Positions 1 through 7,876 of a stretch of 64,000 bases of DNA are shown here, piece after piece. The position numbers were made by a program, and so were the translations under genes. Source of the stretch: Gammaproteobacteria bacterium (GTDB lineage: Bacteria; Pseudomonadota; Gammaproteobacteria; Eutrophobiales; Eutrophobiaceae). The stretch covers positions 7,172 through 71,171 of the forward strand of contig JAJDUB010000059.1 of NCBI GenBank assembly GCA_022826885.1. Reading direction: 5' to 3'. The notes below the pieces were generated by a model, which saw only the letters and a program-made list of their open reading frames with translations, ran no database searches and was not told the DNA's origin. The stretch's first letter is position 1. Each line of letters opens with the position of its first letter.

Positions 1-1188
1 TTCGACCCAGACGGGCATTTGCCCCTGCTCGCGCAAGCGCAGGCGGGCTTTTGTTACTAGTTCGTCGCGATCGGGATCGCCTTCCGGTTCATCCAACCAG
101 AGCAGGCGTTTAGCCAACAATCCCGGCGGGGTAGGTTGCCTGGCAAGTTCTTCCAGGTCTATCTCAGGCCGCGTATCGGCACTCAAACATTCAATGAAAT
201 ACTGTCGAGCATTAGAACCTGTATAGACGATGTCTTCCTGTCTTTTGGAAACTTCGTTGAGCACGGCCATGGTGAAACGTGTACGTCCGCACAAGGTGAT
301 ATGCACCCCGATCGCGTCCGGCGTGGCTGTCAGGTCTGGCGCGACGGGAGCCTCCGTGATTTGACGGTCAAGCTCCTGCAGCGCAGACAGGACGCGTCCT
401 CCCGCCTCCACCGGTTCGCGGATACCATCCAGGTTAACGTCAACAGCTTCCCAGCGCAGCGGTGCCAGCGGCAGGTGTACAACTTCATTGATGCGTCCCT
501 GAGATACGTCTATAAGCCAAGGCCCGTGGGGGCCCGCTTCGCTACGGTCAAGCCCGGTCAGGCTACCGAGGTAACCGTTCAGCGACGCGGCAGACAGAGC
601 ATCGGGCTTGTGTATGTGTCCGAGCAACCAGCCGTCGATGCCCGCCCGTTGCAGTTCCCGGCTGGTGACCGGGGCATAAGGACTGTCTCCCGCATCCCGG
701 TCACAGTGCAAAAGTCCCAGATTGATGCCGGCCTCAGCCTTGAAAGATTGATCGGTCAGGGGGCTTTCCCGGACTTCCTTCCGGGGAAACGACCATCCCC
801 AGAAGGTGATTGAATCGGCATTATCGTCGATCCGGCGGGGCTCCCATTGACCGCCTTTCCCCAGGAGTTGAAATTCAGAAATGTGCTCAGCCAGGCGGGG
901 CAGGACTTTGACGTCGTGGTTGCCGGCGACGCCGATGACGTGGATACCTTCCCTAGTAAGGCGCTTAACGCCTTGCTCTAGTTCGCGGTAAGCTTCGAAG
1001 AAATCGTTTTCCCCTTCGACTACGTCACCGGCAAGCAGGACAGCCCTGACACCGGTATCAATGGCAATATTTACAGTGCGTTCCCAGGCTCCGGCCGGAC
1101 CCAAATCACGGGACCGATGCGCTAGTACCTCCGGTAGCCGGGACGGAGTTCGCCCCAGGTGTATATCGCCGACAGCAAGGATCTTCAT
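1..1188 (-). CDS. SbcD/Mre11-family (YhaO-like) calcineurin-like metallophosphoesterase / DNA repair exonuclease; 3' end runs off the window
   Basis: Not in the ORF track because it has no stop in the window. Manual translation from ATG at 1188 gives MKILAVGDIHLG...LLAGDVVE...GVAGNHD...LGLLHCD...WLLGHIHKPD, the five metallophosphoesterase motifs. The frame stays open to base 1. Confidence 0.85.
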   Translation of the reverse strand, partial: MKILAVGDIHLGRTPSRLPEVLAHRSRDLGPAGAWERTVNIAIDTGVRAVLLAGDVVEGENDFFEAYRELEQGVKRLTREGIHVIGVAGNHDVKVLPRLAEHISEFQLLGKGGQWEPRRIDDNADSITFWGWSFPRKEVRESPLTDQSFKAEAGINLGLLHCDRDAGDSPYAPVTSRELQRAGIDGWLLGHIHKPDALSAASLNGYLGSLTGLDRSEAGPHGPWLIDVSQGRINEVVHLPLAPLRWEAVDVNLDGIREPVEAGGRVLSALQELDRQITEAPVAPDLTATPDAIGVHITLCGRTRFTMAVLNEVSKRQEDIVYTGSNARQYFIECLSADTRPEIDLEELARQPTPPGLLAKRLLWLDEPEGDPDRDELVTKARLRLREQGQMPVWVE

Positions 1189-1200
1189 GAAGCCTGACCG

Positions 1201-1222
1201 GGGGCAGAATTAATTCTGTCCC
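1201..1222. repeat. Short intergenic palindrome (REP-like or terminator-like hairpin)
   Basis: GGGGCAGAATTAATTCTGTCCC, a near-perfect inverted repeat between the thiolase stop and the nuclease start. Confidence 0.5.
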
Positions 1223-1254
1223 TTGCTGTCACAATTGGTGTCATCTGCGGATAA

Positions 1255-2460
1255 TTACACTCTTTCGATAATGACGGCAATGCCCTGGCCGATGCCGATG
1301 CACATGCTGACCAGCGCATACCGGCCCTGGGTGTTTTCCAGTTGCCGTAACGCCGTGAGTATCAACCGCGCGCCGGATGCACCCAGCGGATGGCCGATGC
1401 TGATGGCGCCGCCGTTCGGGTTGACCCGTTCGTCCCGGAAATCGATCTGCAGTTGTTTCAAGCAGCCGAGTACCTGGGTCGCGAAGGCTTCGTTGATCTC
1501 GATCACGTCCATGTCGGCCAGTGACAGGCCCGCCCGTTGCAGGGCTTTTTGCGACGCCGGGACCGGGCCGATCCCCATCACCCGGGGTTCGACGCCGGCG
1601 ATGGCGCCAGACAGAATGCGAGCACGCGGGGTCAGTCCCAGTTTTTTGCCGATGTCCTCGTTTCCCAGCAGCAGTGCGGCCGCGCCGTCATTGATGCCTG
1701 ACGCATTGCCGGCGGTGACTACACCGCCTTCAAACAGGGTCGACAGGGTAGATAATTTCTCCAGGGTGGTGCCGGGCCGGGGATGTTCGTCGGCTGTCAC
1801 TTTGGCGGGAGGGTCCTTGCGCCGTTTTGCCGGCACTTCTATTTCCAGCAACTCTTCCTCGTAAAACCCGGCATTTCTGGCGGCCTCGTACTTCTGCTGG
1901 GAGGCGAATGCAAACGCGTCGCTGTCTTCGCGGCTGATGGCGAAGTCCCGGGCCAGGTTGTCTGCGGTCTGCGGCATGGTGTCATCACCGTATTGCTTCA
2001 GTAGCGCCTTGTTGGGGAAACGCCAGCCGAGCACTGTGTCGTACATCTTCTGGTTACGGTCGAAGCCGGTTTCCGCCTTGTTCAGCACCCAGGGCGCACG
2101 GCTCATGCTCTCCACGCCGCCGGCAATGAACAACTGCCCCTGGGAACAACCGATCGCCCGGGCTGCATCCAGGGTCGCCGCAGCCCCGCTGCCGCACAAA
2201 CGGTTGACGGTCGCTCCTCCCACCGAGGTATGCAGGCCGGCCAACAGGGCGGCATTACGCGCGACGTTGCGGCTGTCCTCGCCCGCCTGGTTGGTATTGC
2301 CGAAGACCACGTCTTCCACCAGGCTGCTATCGATGCCGCTCCTGTCCAGCAGGGACCTGATGACGGCTGCCGCCAGGTCGTCCGGGCGCTTTGCAGACAA
2401 GCCTCCGCCATAACGGCCGAAGGGGGAGCGGATCCCGTCATAGATAATTGCCTGATCCAT
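1255..2460 (-). CDS. Acetyl-CoA C-acyltransferase, 3-oxoadipyl-CoA thiolase (PcaF/PaaJ) type
   Basis: NRLCGSG catalytic Cys, NEAFA, GHPLGASG and MCIGIGQG thiolase motifs; GNTNQAGEDSRNVAR is typical of PcaF/PaaJ. Confidence 0.9.
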   Translation of the reverse strand: MDQAIIYDGIRSPFGRYGGGLSAKRPDDLAAAVIRSLLDRSGIDSSLVEDVVFGNTNQAGEDSRNVARNAALLAGLHTSVGGATVNRLCGSGAAATLDAARAIGCSQGQLFIAGGVESMSRAPWVLNKAETGFDRNQKMYDTVLGWRFPNKALLKQYGDDTMPQTADNLARDFAISREDSDAFAFASQQKYEAARNAGFYEEELLEIEVPAKRRKDPPAKVTADEHPRPGTTLEKLSTLSTLFEGGVVTAGNASGINDGAAALLLGNEDIGKKLGLTPRARILSGAIAGVEPRVMGIGPVPASQKALQRAGLSLADMDVIEINEAFATQVLGCLKQLQIDFRDERVNPNGGAISIGHPLGASGARLILTALRQLENTQGRYALVSMCIGIGQGIAVIIERV

Positions 2461-2478
2461 CTTCTCAATCCTGACGGG

Positions 2479-3486
2479 TTAACTGTTCTGCAGGACGACC
2501 TTGCCCATTTGGCCGAATGATTGCAGCAGCTTGTGCGCGGCGACCGCCTGACTCATGGGCAATACCCGATCCACTACGGGTTCGATCTTCTTCTCGCCGA
2601 CAAAATCCAGCATTGCCTTGAATTCGGCATTGGACCCCATCATCGTGCCCTGTATGCGCGTCTGGTTGAAGAACAGCCTGGGTATTTCCAGGCCGGTGGA
2701 GGGGACGCCCAGGGTGGCGCCGAAGAATACAAACCGTCCGGCGGGTCTCAGGGTGCTTAACAGGTTATTCATGTCGTCCCCGCCGGCGCTGTCGATGATG
2801 GCGTTAAAGCCGCCTGCCTGCTTTCTCAGGGTTTTATGGTAGTCCTCCTGCCTGTAGCTGATGCCGCCGACGGCGCCGATGGCCCTGGCTTTTTCAATTT
2901 TCTCCTCGGAACCGCTGGTCACGTAAACCTCGGCGCCGAGCCCGCTGGCCCACTGGACGGCAAAGGTGGAAACGCCGCTGCCGGCCCCCGTAACCAGTAC
3001 GGTGTGCCCCGCTTGTACCTCGGCCTGTGTCACAACAGCGCGCCAGGCTGTCAGACCGGCCAGGGGGACCGCGGCGGCCTGTTCCCAGCTTAAATGAGCG
3101 GGTCTCGCATGGACATCCGTAGCCGGACAGCAGATATATTCGGCAAACGTGCCCTGGTCCGGCATGCCCAGCACGCGGAAATCCGGTCCGGACACCGCCT
3201 CGCTGTCACCCCACTCCCTGGCTGGATAGACTACCACCTCGTCGCCGATCATCCCGTTGTCGACTCCCATACCGACAGCGTCTACCGTGCCGGCGCCGTC
3301 CGATCCGGCGATACAGGGCAGGTTCGTACGCGGGTACCTGCCGATGGTGATCCAGTAATCCCGCCGGTTCAGCGCAGAATTCCGCAGCTTTACCCGTACC
3401 TCACCCGGTCCCGGTTCAGGCGTATCCACCTCCTTGACTTTCAGGTTATCCGGACCGCCGAGTTCTTCTAATACAATCGCTTTCAT
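2479..3486 (-). CDS. Medium-chain dehydrogenase/reductase (NADPH:quinone oxidoreductase-like)
   Basis: GroES-like N-terminus (GSDGAGTV), VLVTGAGSGV nucleotide-binding motif, QMGKVVL C-terminus. Confidence 0.85.
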   Translation of the reverse strand: MKAIVLEELGGPDNLKVKEVDTPEPGPGEVRVKLRNSALNRRDYWITIGRYPRTNLPCIAGSDGAGTVDAVGMGVDNGMIGDEVVVYPAREWGDSEAVSGPDFRVLGMPDQGTFAEYICCPATDVHARPAHLSWEQAAAVPLAGLTAWRAVVTQAEVQAGHTVLVTGAGSGVSTFAVQWASGLGAEVYVTSGSEEKIEKARAIGAVGGISYRQEDYHKTLRKQAGGFNAIIDSAGGDDMNNLLSTLRPAGRFVFFGATLGVPSTGLEIPRLFFNQTRIQGTMMGSNAEFKAMLDFVGEKKIEPVVDRVLPMSQAVAAHKLLQSFGQMGKVVLQNS

Positions 3487-3600
3487 ACTATGCTCCTTAT
3501 GTGCATTTCTTCGAAATAGTTTAATATTGAACCGGTTGCTGAAAAGACAAGCTTACCGAGTCATAAATCCTCACCTGGCTCATATGTATGGAAATGATAC

Positions 3601-4016
3601 ATGAAACTGTCGAATCATTTACCAGTTCTTCTGTTTATTACCGGCGCGATTTGTGTTGGCTGTTCTCGGAAACCACAACAATCAACAAGCCAACCAAATA
3701 AGTTACTTCCTGCTGCTGAGCAGGCCGCACGACCCGGAAGTCAGACGGTGTGGTGATGAATGCCAGTCAACGTATCAATATCCATGATATCCTGGCTGTA
3801 CACACTATCTAATGGTGCACGGTTGATGGGTCATGATAATCTACTGGATAGTATCGAAGTCGGGAAACAGCCGACTTGGTTGTATTGAATGAGAACAAAG
3901 TTAATCTTGCGCAGAACGGACAGGCCGACAGGGTTGGAGAAACACAGGTGGACATGACAATATTCGATGGCAACGTAGCCTTCGACCTTGGACAAAGAGA
4001 TGCAGTTCCTCGTTGA
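3601..4016 (+). pseudogene. Remnant of a secreted/lipoprotein amidohydrolase-3 (YtcJ-like) gene: signal peptide joined to the C-terminal segment, two frameshifts
   Basis: ATG 3601 gives MKLSNHLPVLLFITGAICVGC (lipobox-like). With frameshifts near 3752, 3810 and 3870 the sequence reads SQRINIHDILAVHTI/NGARLMGHDNLLDSIEVGKQ/ADLVVLNEN...QVDMTIFDGNVAF, the typical amidohydrolase-3 C-terminus. The catalytic barrel is missing. Confidence 0.7.
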
Positions 4017-4042
4017 CATTTAATCCATGTTATGTACAAGAA

Positions 4043-4645
4043 ATGAATAAGTTATACGACAGAGAGGATGAACTAAAGAGACGCCTGAACGATTTTCTAT
4101 CTGGTCAGTTTAGTCTTGAGGAAAAGGACTACTATTCAAATTTGGATGAATCCGGTTTTCTAAAGCTAAAAGCTGTCCTAAGTGACATAAACAACATCAT
4201 TACAATGAAGGTCACCCTTTCTTTTGTCCACTGGTTGGCACAGAACCTGGACATGGCAAAGTCTGATGTGAGTAGTATGATTGAGAAGATTAAAGGTATG
4301 AAACCCAACACAAACGGATATGACATCGAGTTGGATGACCCTATTGAGCTTATCGCTGAAGTAAAGTGCAATGTCCCTATCAAGGAAGGAACTGTATATG
4401 GTTCCGCGCAGAAGAATGGGATTATCAAAGATATGGATGCGTTAATCGACGGAAAGAGCAAATCGCGAATGGACCCTCAACGCTGCCTAAAGTTCATGGT
4501 ATTCTTGGATACACCAGAGATCAGGAAAGCTACAGAACATCTATTCAATAATCTAAACCACCCTTCGACTATTGTCGAAGCATCTGATGTGGTTCGGTTT
4601 GACAGTAACAAAATCTATACCGTGTTCTTAGGGTTCGAGGCGTAA
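4043..4645 (+). CDS. Hypothetical protein with PD-(D/E)XK-like nuclease motif
   Basis: AT-rich 200-aa ORF containing NGYDIELDDPIELIAEVK (D...ExK spacing of restriction-endonuclease-like folds). Start chosen at ATG 4043. Confidence 0.6.
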   Translation: MNKLYDREDELKRRLNDFLSGQFSLEEKDYYSNLDESGFLKLKAVLSDINNIITMKVTLSFVHWLAQNLDMAKSDVSSMIEKIKGMKPNTNGYDIELDDPIELIAEVKCNVPIKEGTVYGSAQKNGIIKDMDALIDGKSKSRMDPQRCLKFMVFLDTPEIRKATEHLFNNLNHPSTIVEASDVVRFDSNKIYTVFLGFEA

Positions 4646-4737
4646 AATGATGTTTAAGGCACTTATTTCATTCAAAGATACTACTTTTTTGCTTGAAGTC
4701 GTGCGAAAAACTGATTGGCTAAACGAGGAGTTTTAGC

Positions 4738-5004
4738 GTGCCAACCATATCGATGTTTTACGGCATAATTATCAGAATGTATTTTGCACCTGGTGAGCAC
4801 CCTCCACCTCACTTTCATGTGTATTATTCTGAACATAAGGCAAGGGTTGATATTCGCACATGTGAAATAATTGATGGCAAGTTGCCAAAGAGGCAAACTA
4901 AGTTAGTTTTAGCGTGGGCAGAGCTTCATCAGGAAGATCTTTTGGCAAATTGGGAACTCGTCATGAACGGTGAAGAACCGTTTAAAATTCAACCGCTACA
5001 ATGA
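4738..5004 (+). CDS. DUF4160 family protein (putative toxin-antitoxin component)
   Basis: MPTISMFYGIIIRMYF...EHPPPHFHV...LAWAELHQEDLLANWE is the DUF4160 signature; GAGGAG RBS upstream of GTG. Confidence 0.85.
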   Translation: MPTISMFYGIIIRMYFAPGEHPPPHFHVYYSEHKARVDIRTCEIIDGKLPKRQTKLVLAWAELHQEDLLANWELVMNGEEPFKIQPLQ

Positions 5005-5014
5005 GGTAAAGTTA

Positions 5015-5275
5015 GTGAACCCGGCTGTAACATCAGTTGAATGTAAAGATGATTATCTTTTGTCAGTAGTTTTTGATAGTGGTGAGAGTGGGTTACTGGA
5101 TATGAAACCTTACTTGAATTTTGGAGTCTTTAAAAAAATTCAAGACCCGTGCAGATTCAAAACTGCTTATGTCTCTTTTGACACAATTGCGTGGGAGTCC
5201 GGCGCTGATCTTGCCCCTGAGTTTGTTTACAAAAACTGCAGCATAGTAAAGCAAGACTCTTCAGAAGGTGACTGA
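5015..5275 (+). CDS. DUF2442 family protein (partner of DUF4160)
   Basis: GTG 5015 after GAGGT; V...DDYLLSVVFDSGESGLLDMKPYL..GVF...TIAWESGADLAPEFVY matches DUF2442; directly downstream of DUF4160. Confidence 0.8.
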   Translation: MNPAVTSVECKDDYLLSVVFDSGESGLLDMKPYLNFGVFKKIQDPCRFKTAYVSFDTIAWESGADLAPEFVYKNCSIVKQDSSEGD

Positions 5276-5393
5276 CGACATCGCCGATTTTGGCTGTAAG
5301 GAGTATTCTTATCCGTAAGCTTGTCCCTTTTTTCAACGCTTCTTTGGAGTTTGATGGCGGCATTGAGGAGGAACCGATGCACCCGGCTGTAAT

Positions 5394-5855
5394 ATGAGAA
5401 TGTCATACTGGAATCACAGAGTAATCAGGAAGCGTCACACCGAAACAGAATCGGTGGCATATCAGGTTCACGAGGTTTATTACCACGAGAACGGCGCCAT
5501 TGAAGGTTGGACAGAAAAACCCGTCGCGCCTATGGGTGAAACGATTGAGGAACTGAGAGAAGATATAAGGTATTTTCTCCATGCGTTCCGTCGTCCAATT
5601 CTGGAAGAAAAAGAAACAGACGAAGGCTCAACTCTTATCCCCGACGATACGGACGATGCAATAAATGACGGCCATTATTTCGAACTCCTGGACCGAACGT
5701 ATGTAGCGTTGGATTACATTTACCAGTTTCTTGGCAGCCACCCGGTAGTAAGAAAAGACAAAACGTTACAAGACACGTACGAAAAAGCCGAAGAGGCCTT
5801 GGCTGAACTCTATCAACAGGCAGGTCGGCTGGAGTTTGACAGAGGTAGCAGCTAA
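5394..5855 (+). CDS. Hypothetical protein
   Basis: 153-aa ORF in the AT-rich islet with N-terminal YWNHRVIR...HEVYY..G...WTEKPV.P.GET.EEL pattern; function unknown. Confidence 0.65.
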   Translation: MRMSYWNHRVIRKRHTETESVAYQVHEVYYHENGAIEGWTEKPVAPMGETIEELREDIRYFLHAFRRPILEEKETDEGSTLIPDDTDDAINDGHYFELLDRTYVALDYIYQFLGSHPVVRKDKTLQDTYEKAEEALAELYQQAGRLEFDRGSS

Positions 5856-5912
5856 GCGGGAAAACTCTGTCGATAATTCCTTAATAACAACATTCATACC
5901 TATCGCAATGTA

Positions 5913-6827
5913 ATGAGCTATCAAACAGTCAAAGACAAGCTGGACAATGGCGAAATCGTTTTGCTGGACGGCGGCACCGGTTCCGAGATTGAGCGGCAGG
6001 GCGTTGAGATGAACGACCTGGCCTGGTGCGGTATCGCCCATGTGGATTACCCGGAGGTTGTGCGCCAGGTGCATGAGAGTTACATCCATGCCGGCGCCGA
6101 TGTAATTATCGCAAATACCTTCGGGACCGCTCCGCACGTGCTCAAGCGCCTGGGGCTGGAGGATCAGTTCGCGCAGGTCAACCAGTCTGCCGTAGCCGTG
6201 GCATTGGCGGCCCGAGACAACTGCGGCAGGGATGTGTGTGTCGCTGCTTCCATGTCCTCCATGCCGGCATTTGATACATTTGCCGTTCCGAAAACCGATG
6301 AGGTGAGGCAGGGTTTTGTCCGCCAGGCTGAGTTGCTGGCGGAAGCCGGCGCCGAACTGATTATCGCCGAGATGATGCGCGACGTGGATATCTCCGATAT
6401 GGTTATCTCTGCGGCCAGGGGAACGGGAATACCGGTATGGACGGGCTTCAGCGCCAGCAGGAACGACGCCGGCACGTTAATCAACTATGAGTCACCCGTG
6501 CGCGATGACGAGACCATGCCGTTCAGACGGATGGCGGAGGAAGTCCTCGGTATGGGCTGCGATGCCGCCGGAGTCATGCATTCCAGCGTCCATGATACCG
6601 GTCCGGCGCTGGCGGAATTGGGCGAGTTGTGGAACGGATCCATGTTCGCGTATGCGGAGAGCGGCCATTTCGTCCCGCCAAGCTGGAAGTTCGAGGATAT
6701 TATTTCCCCACAGGACTACCTGGGCTATGTAAAGCAATGGATCGGCCAGGGCGTGCAGGTGGTCGGCGGCTGTTGCGGCATGGGGCCGGAGCATATCAGG
6801 GCGCTGAACGAGAACCTGGCAGTTTGA
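5913..6827 (+). CDS. Homocysteine S-methyltransferase family protein
   Basis: LLDGGTGSE N-terminus, HESYIHAGADVIIANTF, C-terminal VGGCCGMGPEHI zinc-binding motif. Confidence 0.88.
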   Translation: MSYQTVKDKLDNGEIVLLDGGTGSEIERQGVEMNDLAWCGIAHVDYPEVVRQVHESYIHAGADVIIANTFGTAPHVLKRLGLEDQFAQVNQSAVAVALAARDNCGRDVCVAASMSSMPAFDTFAVPKTDEVRQGFVRQAELLAEAGAELIIAEMMRDVDISDMVISAARGTGIPVWTGFSASRNDAGTLINYESPVRDDETMPFRRMAEEVLGMGCDAAGVMHSSVHDTGPALAELGELWNGSMFAYAESGHFVPPSWKFEDIISPQDYLGYVKQWIGQGVQVVGGCCGMGPEHIRALNENLAV

Positions 6828-7865
6828 TCAGTCCCCGGCTGCAGTCTGCTCTTCGCGCAGCAGTTGCAGCAGCTTGCGGCGCGCCATTATCGCGCCGGTG
6901 TCGCCCTTGAGAACCAACGGCTCCAGGTCCCAAAAATCCTTACCCCCCATCATTGCCTGTTGCTGCGCGATCATCGGTTTGTCTTCATTTTCAAAGGCAT
7001 GAATGAAGCCTGAGCGCATCTGTTCAGTGAATTCCGGGTCGTTCAGGCGCGTTTCCCTGCCCACGGCCCAGAAATAGAATGTGCTGCCTGCCGTTTCCGG
7101 CGTCATCAGGTGCAGTGACGGCGCTGCCTTCGCCGTTTCCCGCGTTCCACCGGGTTCGTTGAGGTAAGGGATCAGTAACATGTTGGCCGGGGGCGTCCAG
7201 CGGATGTCCGTCCAGAAGTTCTGCCTTCTGCCAACGACGTCAAAGGTGGCGGCCATGACGTCGGAGACGTAATCGTTCGGGTGTTCGATATGGCACCACA
7301 CGGCTGTGCCGTCAGAGCGGTACTGACGCTGTCCGTCGATAAACGCAGGAGCGCTGAGGCCGCTGTGAATGTACTCGGCGTGCGACAGGTCGAGGATGTT
7401 GTCAGTGAAAAGCTGGTAGTTGCCGGCGCCGTGGATGACGCCCCTGATGATTTCCCATTTGCTCTCGTCCATGAATGAAAAATCAGGCACCAGCGCGGGG
7501 TCTGCCTGTACTGCATCGCCGAACCAGACCCAGGCCAGTCCGTGCCGTTCACGCACCGGCCAGGTCGGCAGTGAAACGTCCGGGATGTGTCCCTGGTCAT
7601 GCGGGTTGTGTACGCACCGGCCATCTCCGCTGAAGCGCAACCCGTGGTAGGGACATTGCAGACTGCCGTCTTCTGCCACCTTCCCCTGCGCCAATGACGC
7701 GAAACGGTGTGGGCACCGTCCGCCCACTGCGTAAGCCTTGCCGGTGTTGTCCCGGAACAGCGCGACATGCTGGTCGAGCAGCACGCGCCCCACCGGACCT
7801 GCATCAAGTTCGTCCGACCATGCGCTGGCGTACCAGCAATTCAGCAGGTAGGACGCAGTTGTCAT
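6828..7865 (-). CDS. Rieske non-heme iron monooxygenase, VanA/DdmC-like (O-demethylase type)
   Basis: CPHR...CPYHG Rieske ligands, DNILDLSHAEYIH mononuclear Fe motif, ENEDKPM carboxylate. Confidence 0.88.
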   Translation of the reverse strand: MTTASYLLNCWYASAWSDELDAGPVGRVLLDQHVALFRDNTGKAYAVGGRCPHRFASLAQGKVAEDGSLQCPYHGLRFSGDGRCVHNPHDQGHIPDVSLPTWPVRERHGLAWVWFGDAVQADPALVPDFSFMDESKWEIIRGVIHGAGNYQLFTDNILDLSHAEYIHSGLSAPAFIDGQRQYRSDGTAVWCHIEHPNDYVSDVMAATFDVVGRRQNFWTDIRWTPPANMLLIPYLNEPGGTRETAKAAPSLHLMTPETAGSTFYFWAVGRETRLNDPEFTEQMRSGFIHAFENEDKPMIAQQQAMMGGKDFWDLEPLVLKGDTGAIMARRKLLQLLREEQTAAGD

Positions 7866-7876
7866 CGCTTATCAGG

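Noticed and set aside
136-813. 225-aa + strand ORF
   Set aside because: Antisense shadow of the metallophosphoesterase on the - strand; no recognisable motifs.
4013-5900. Possible integron cassette array
   Set aside because: No convincing attC sites (RYYYAAC...GTTRRRY with internal symmetry) between the ORFs and no integrase.
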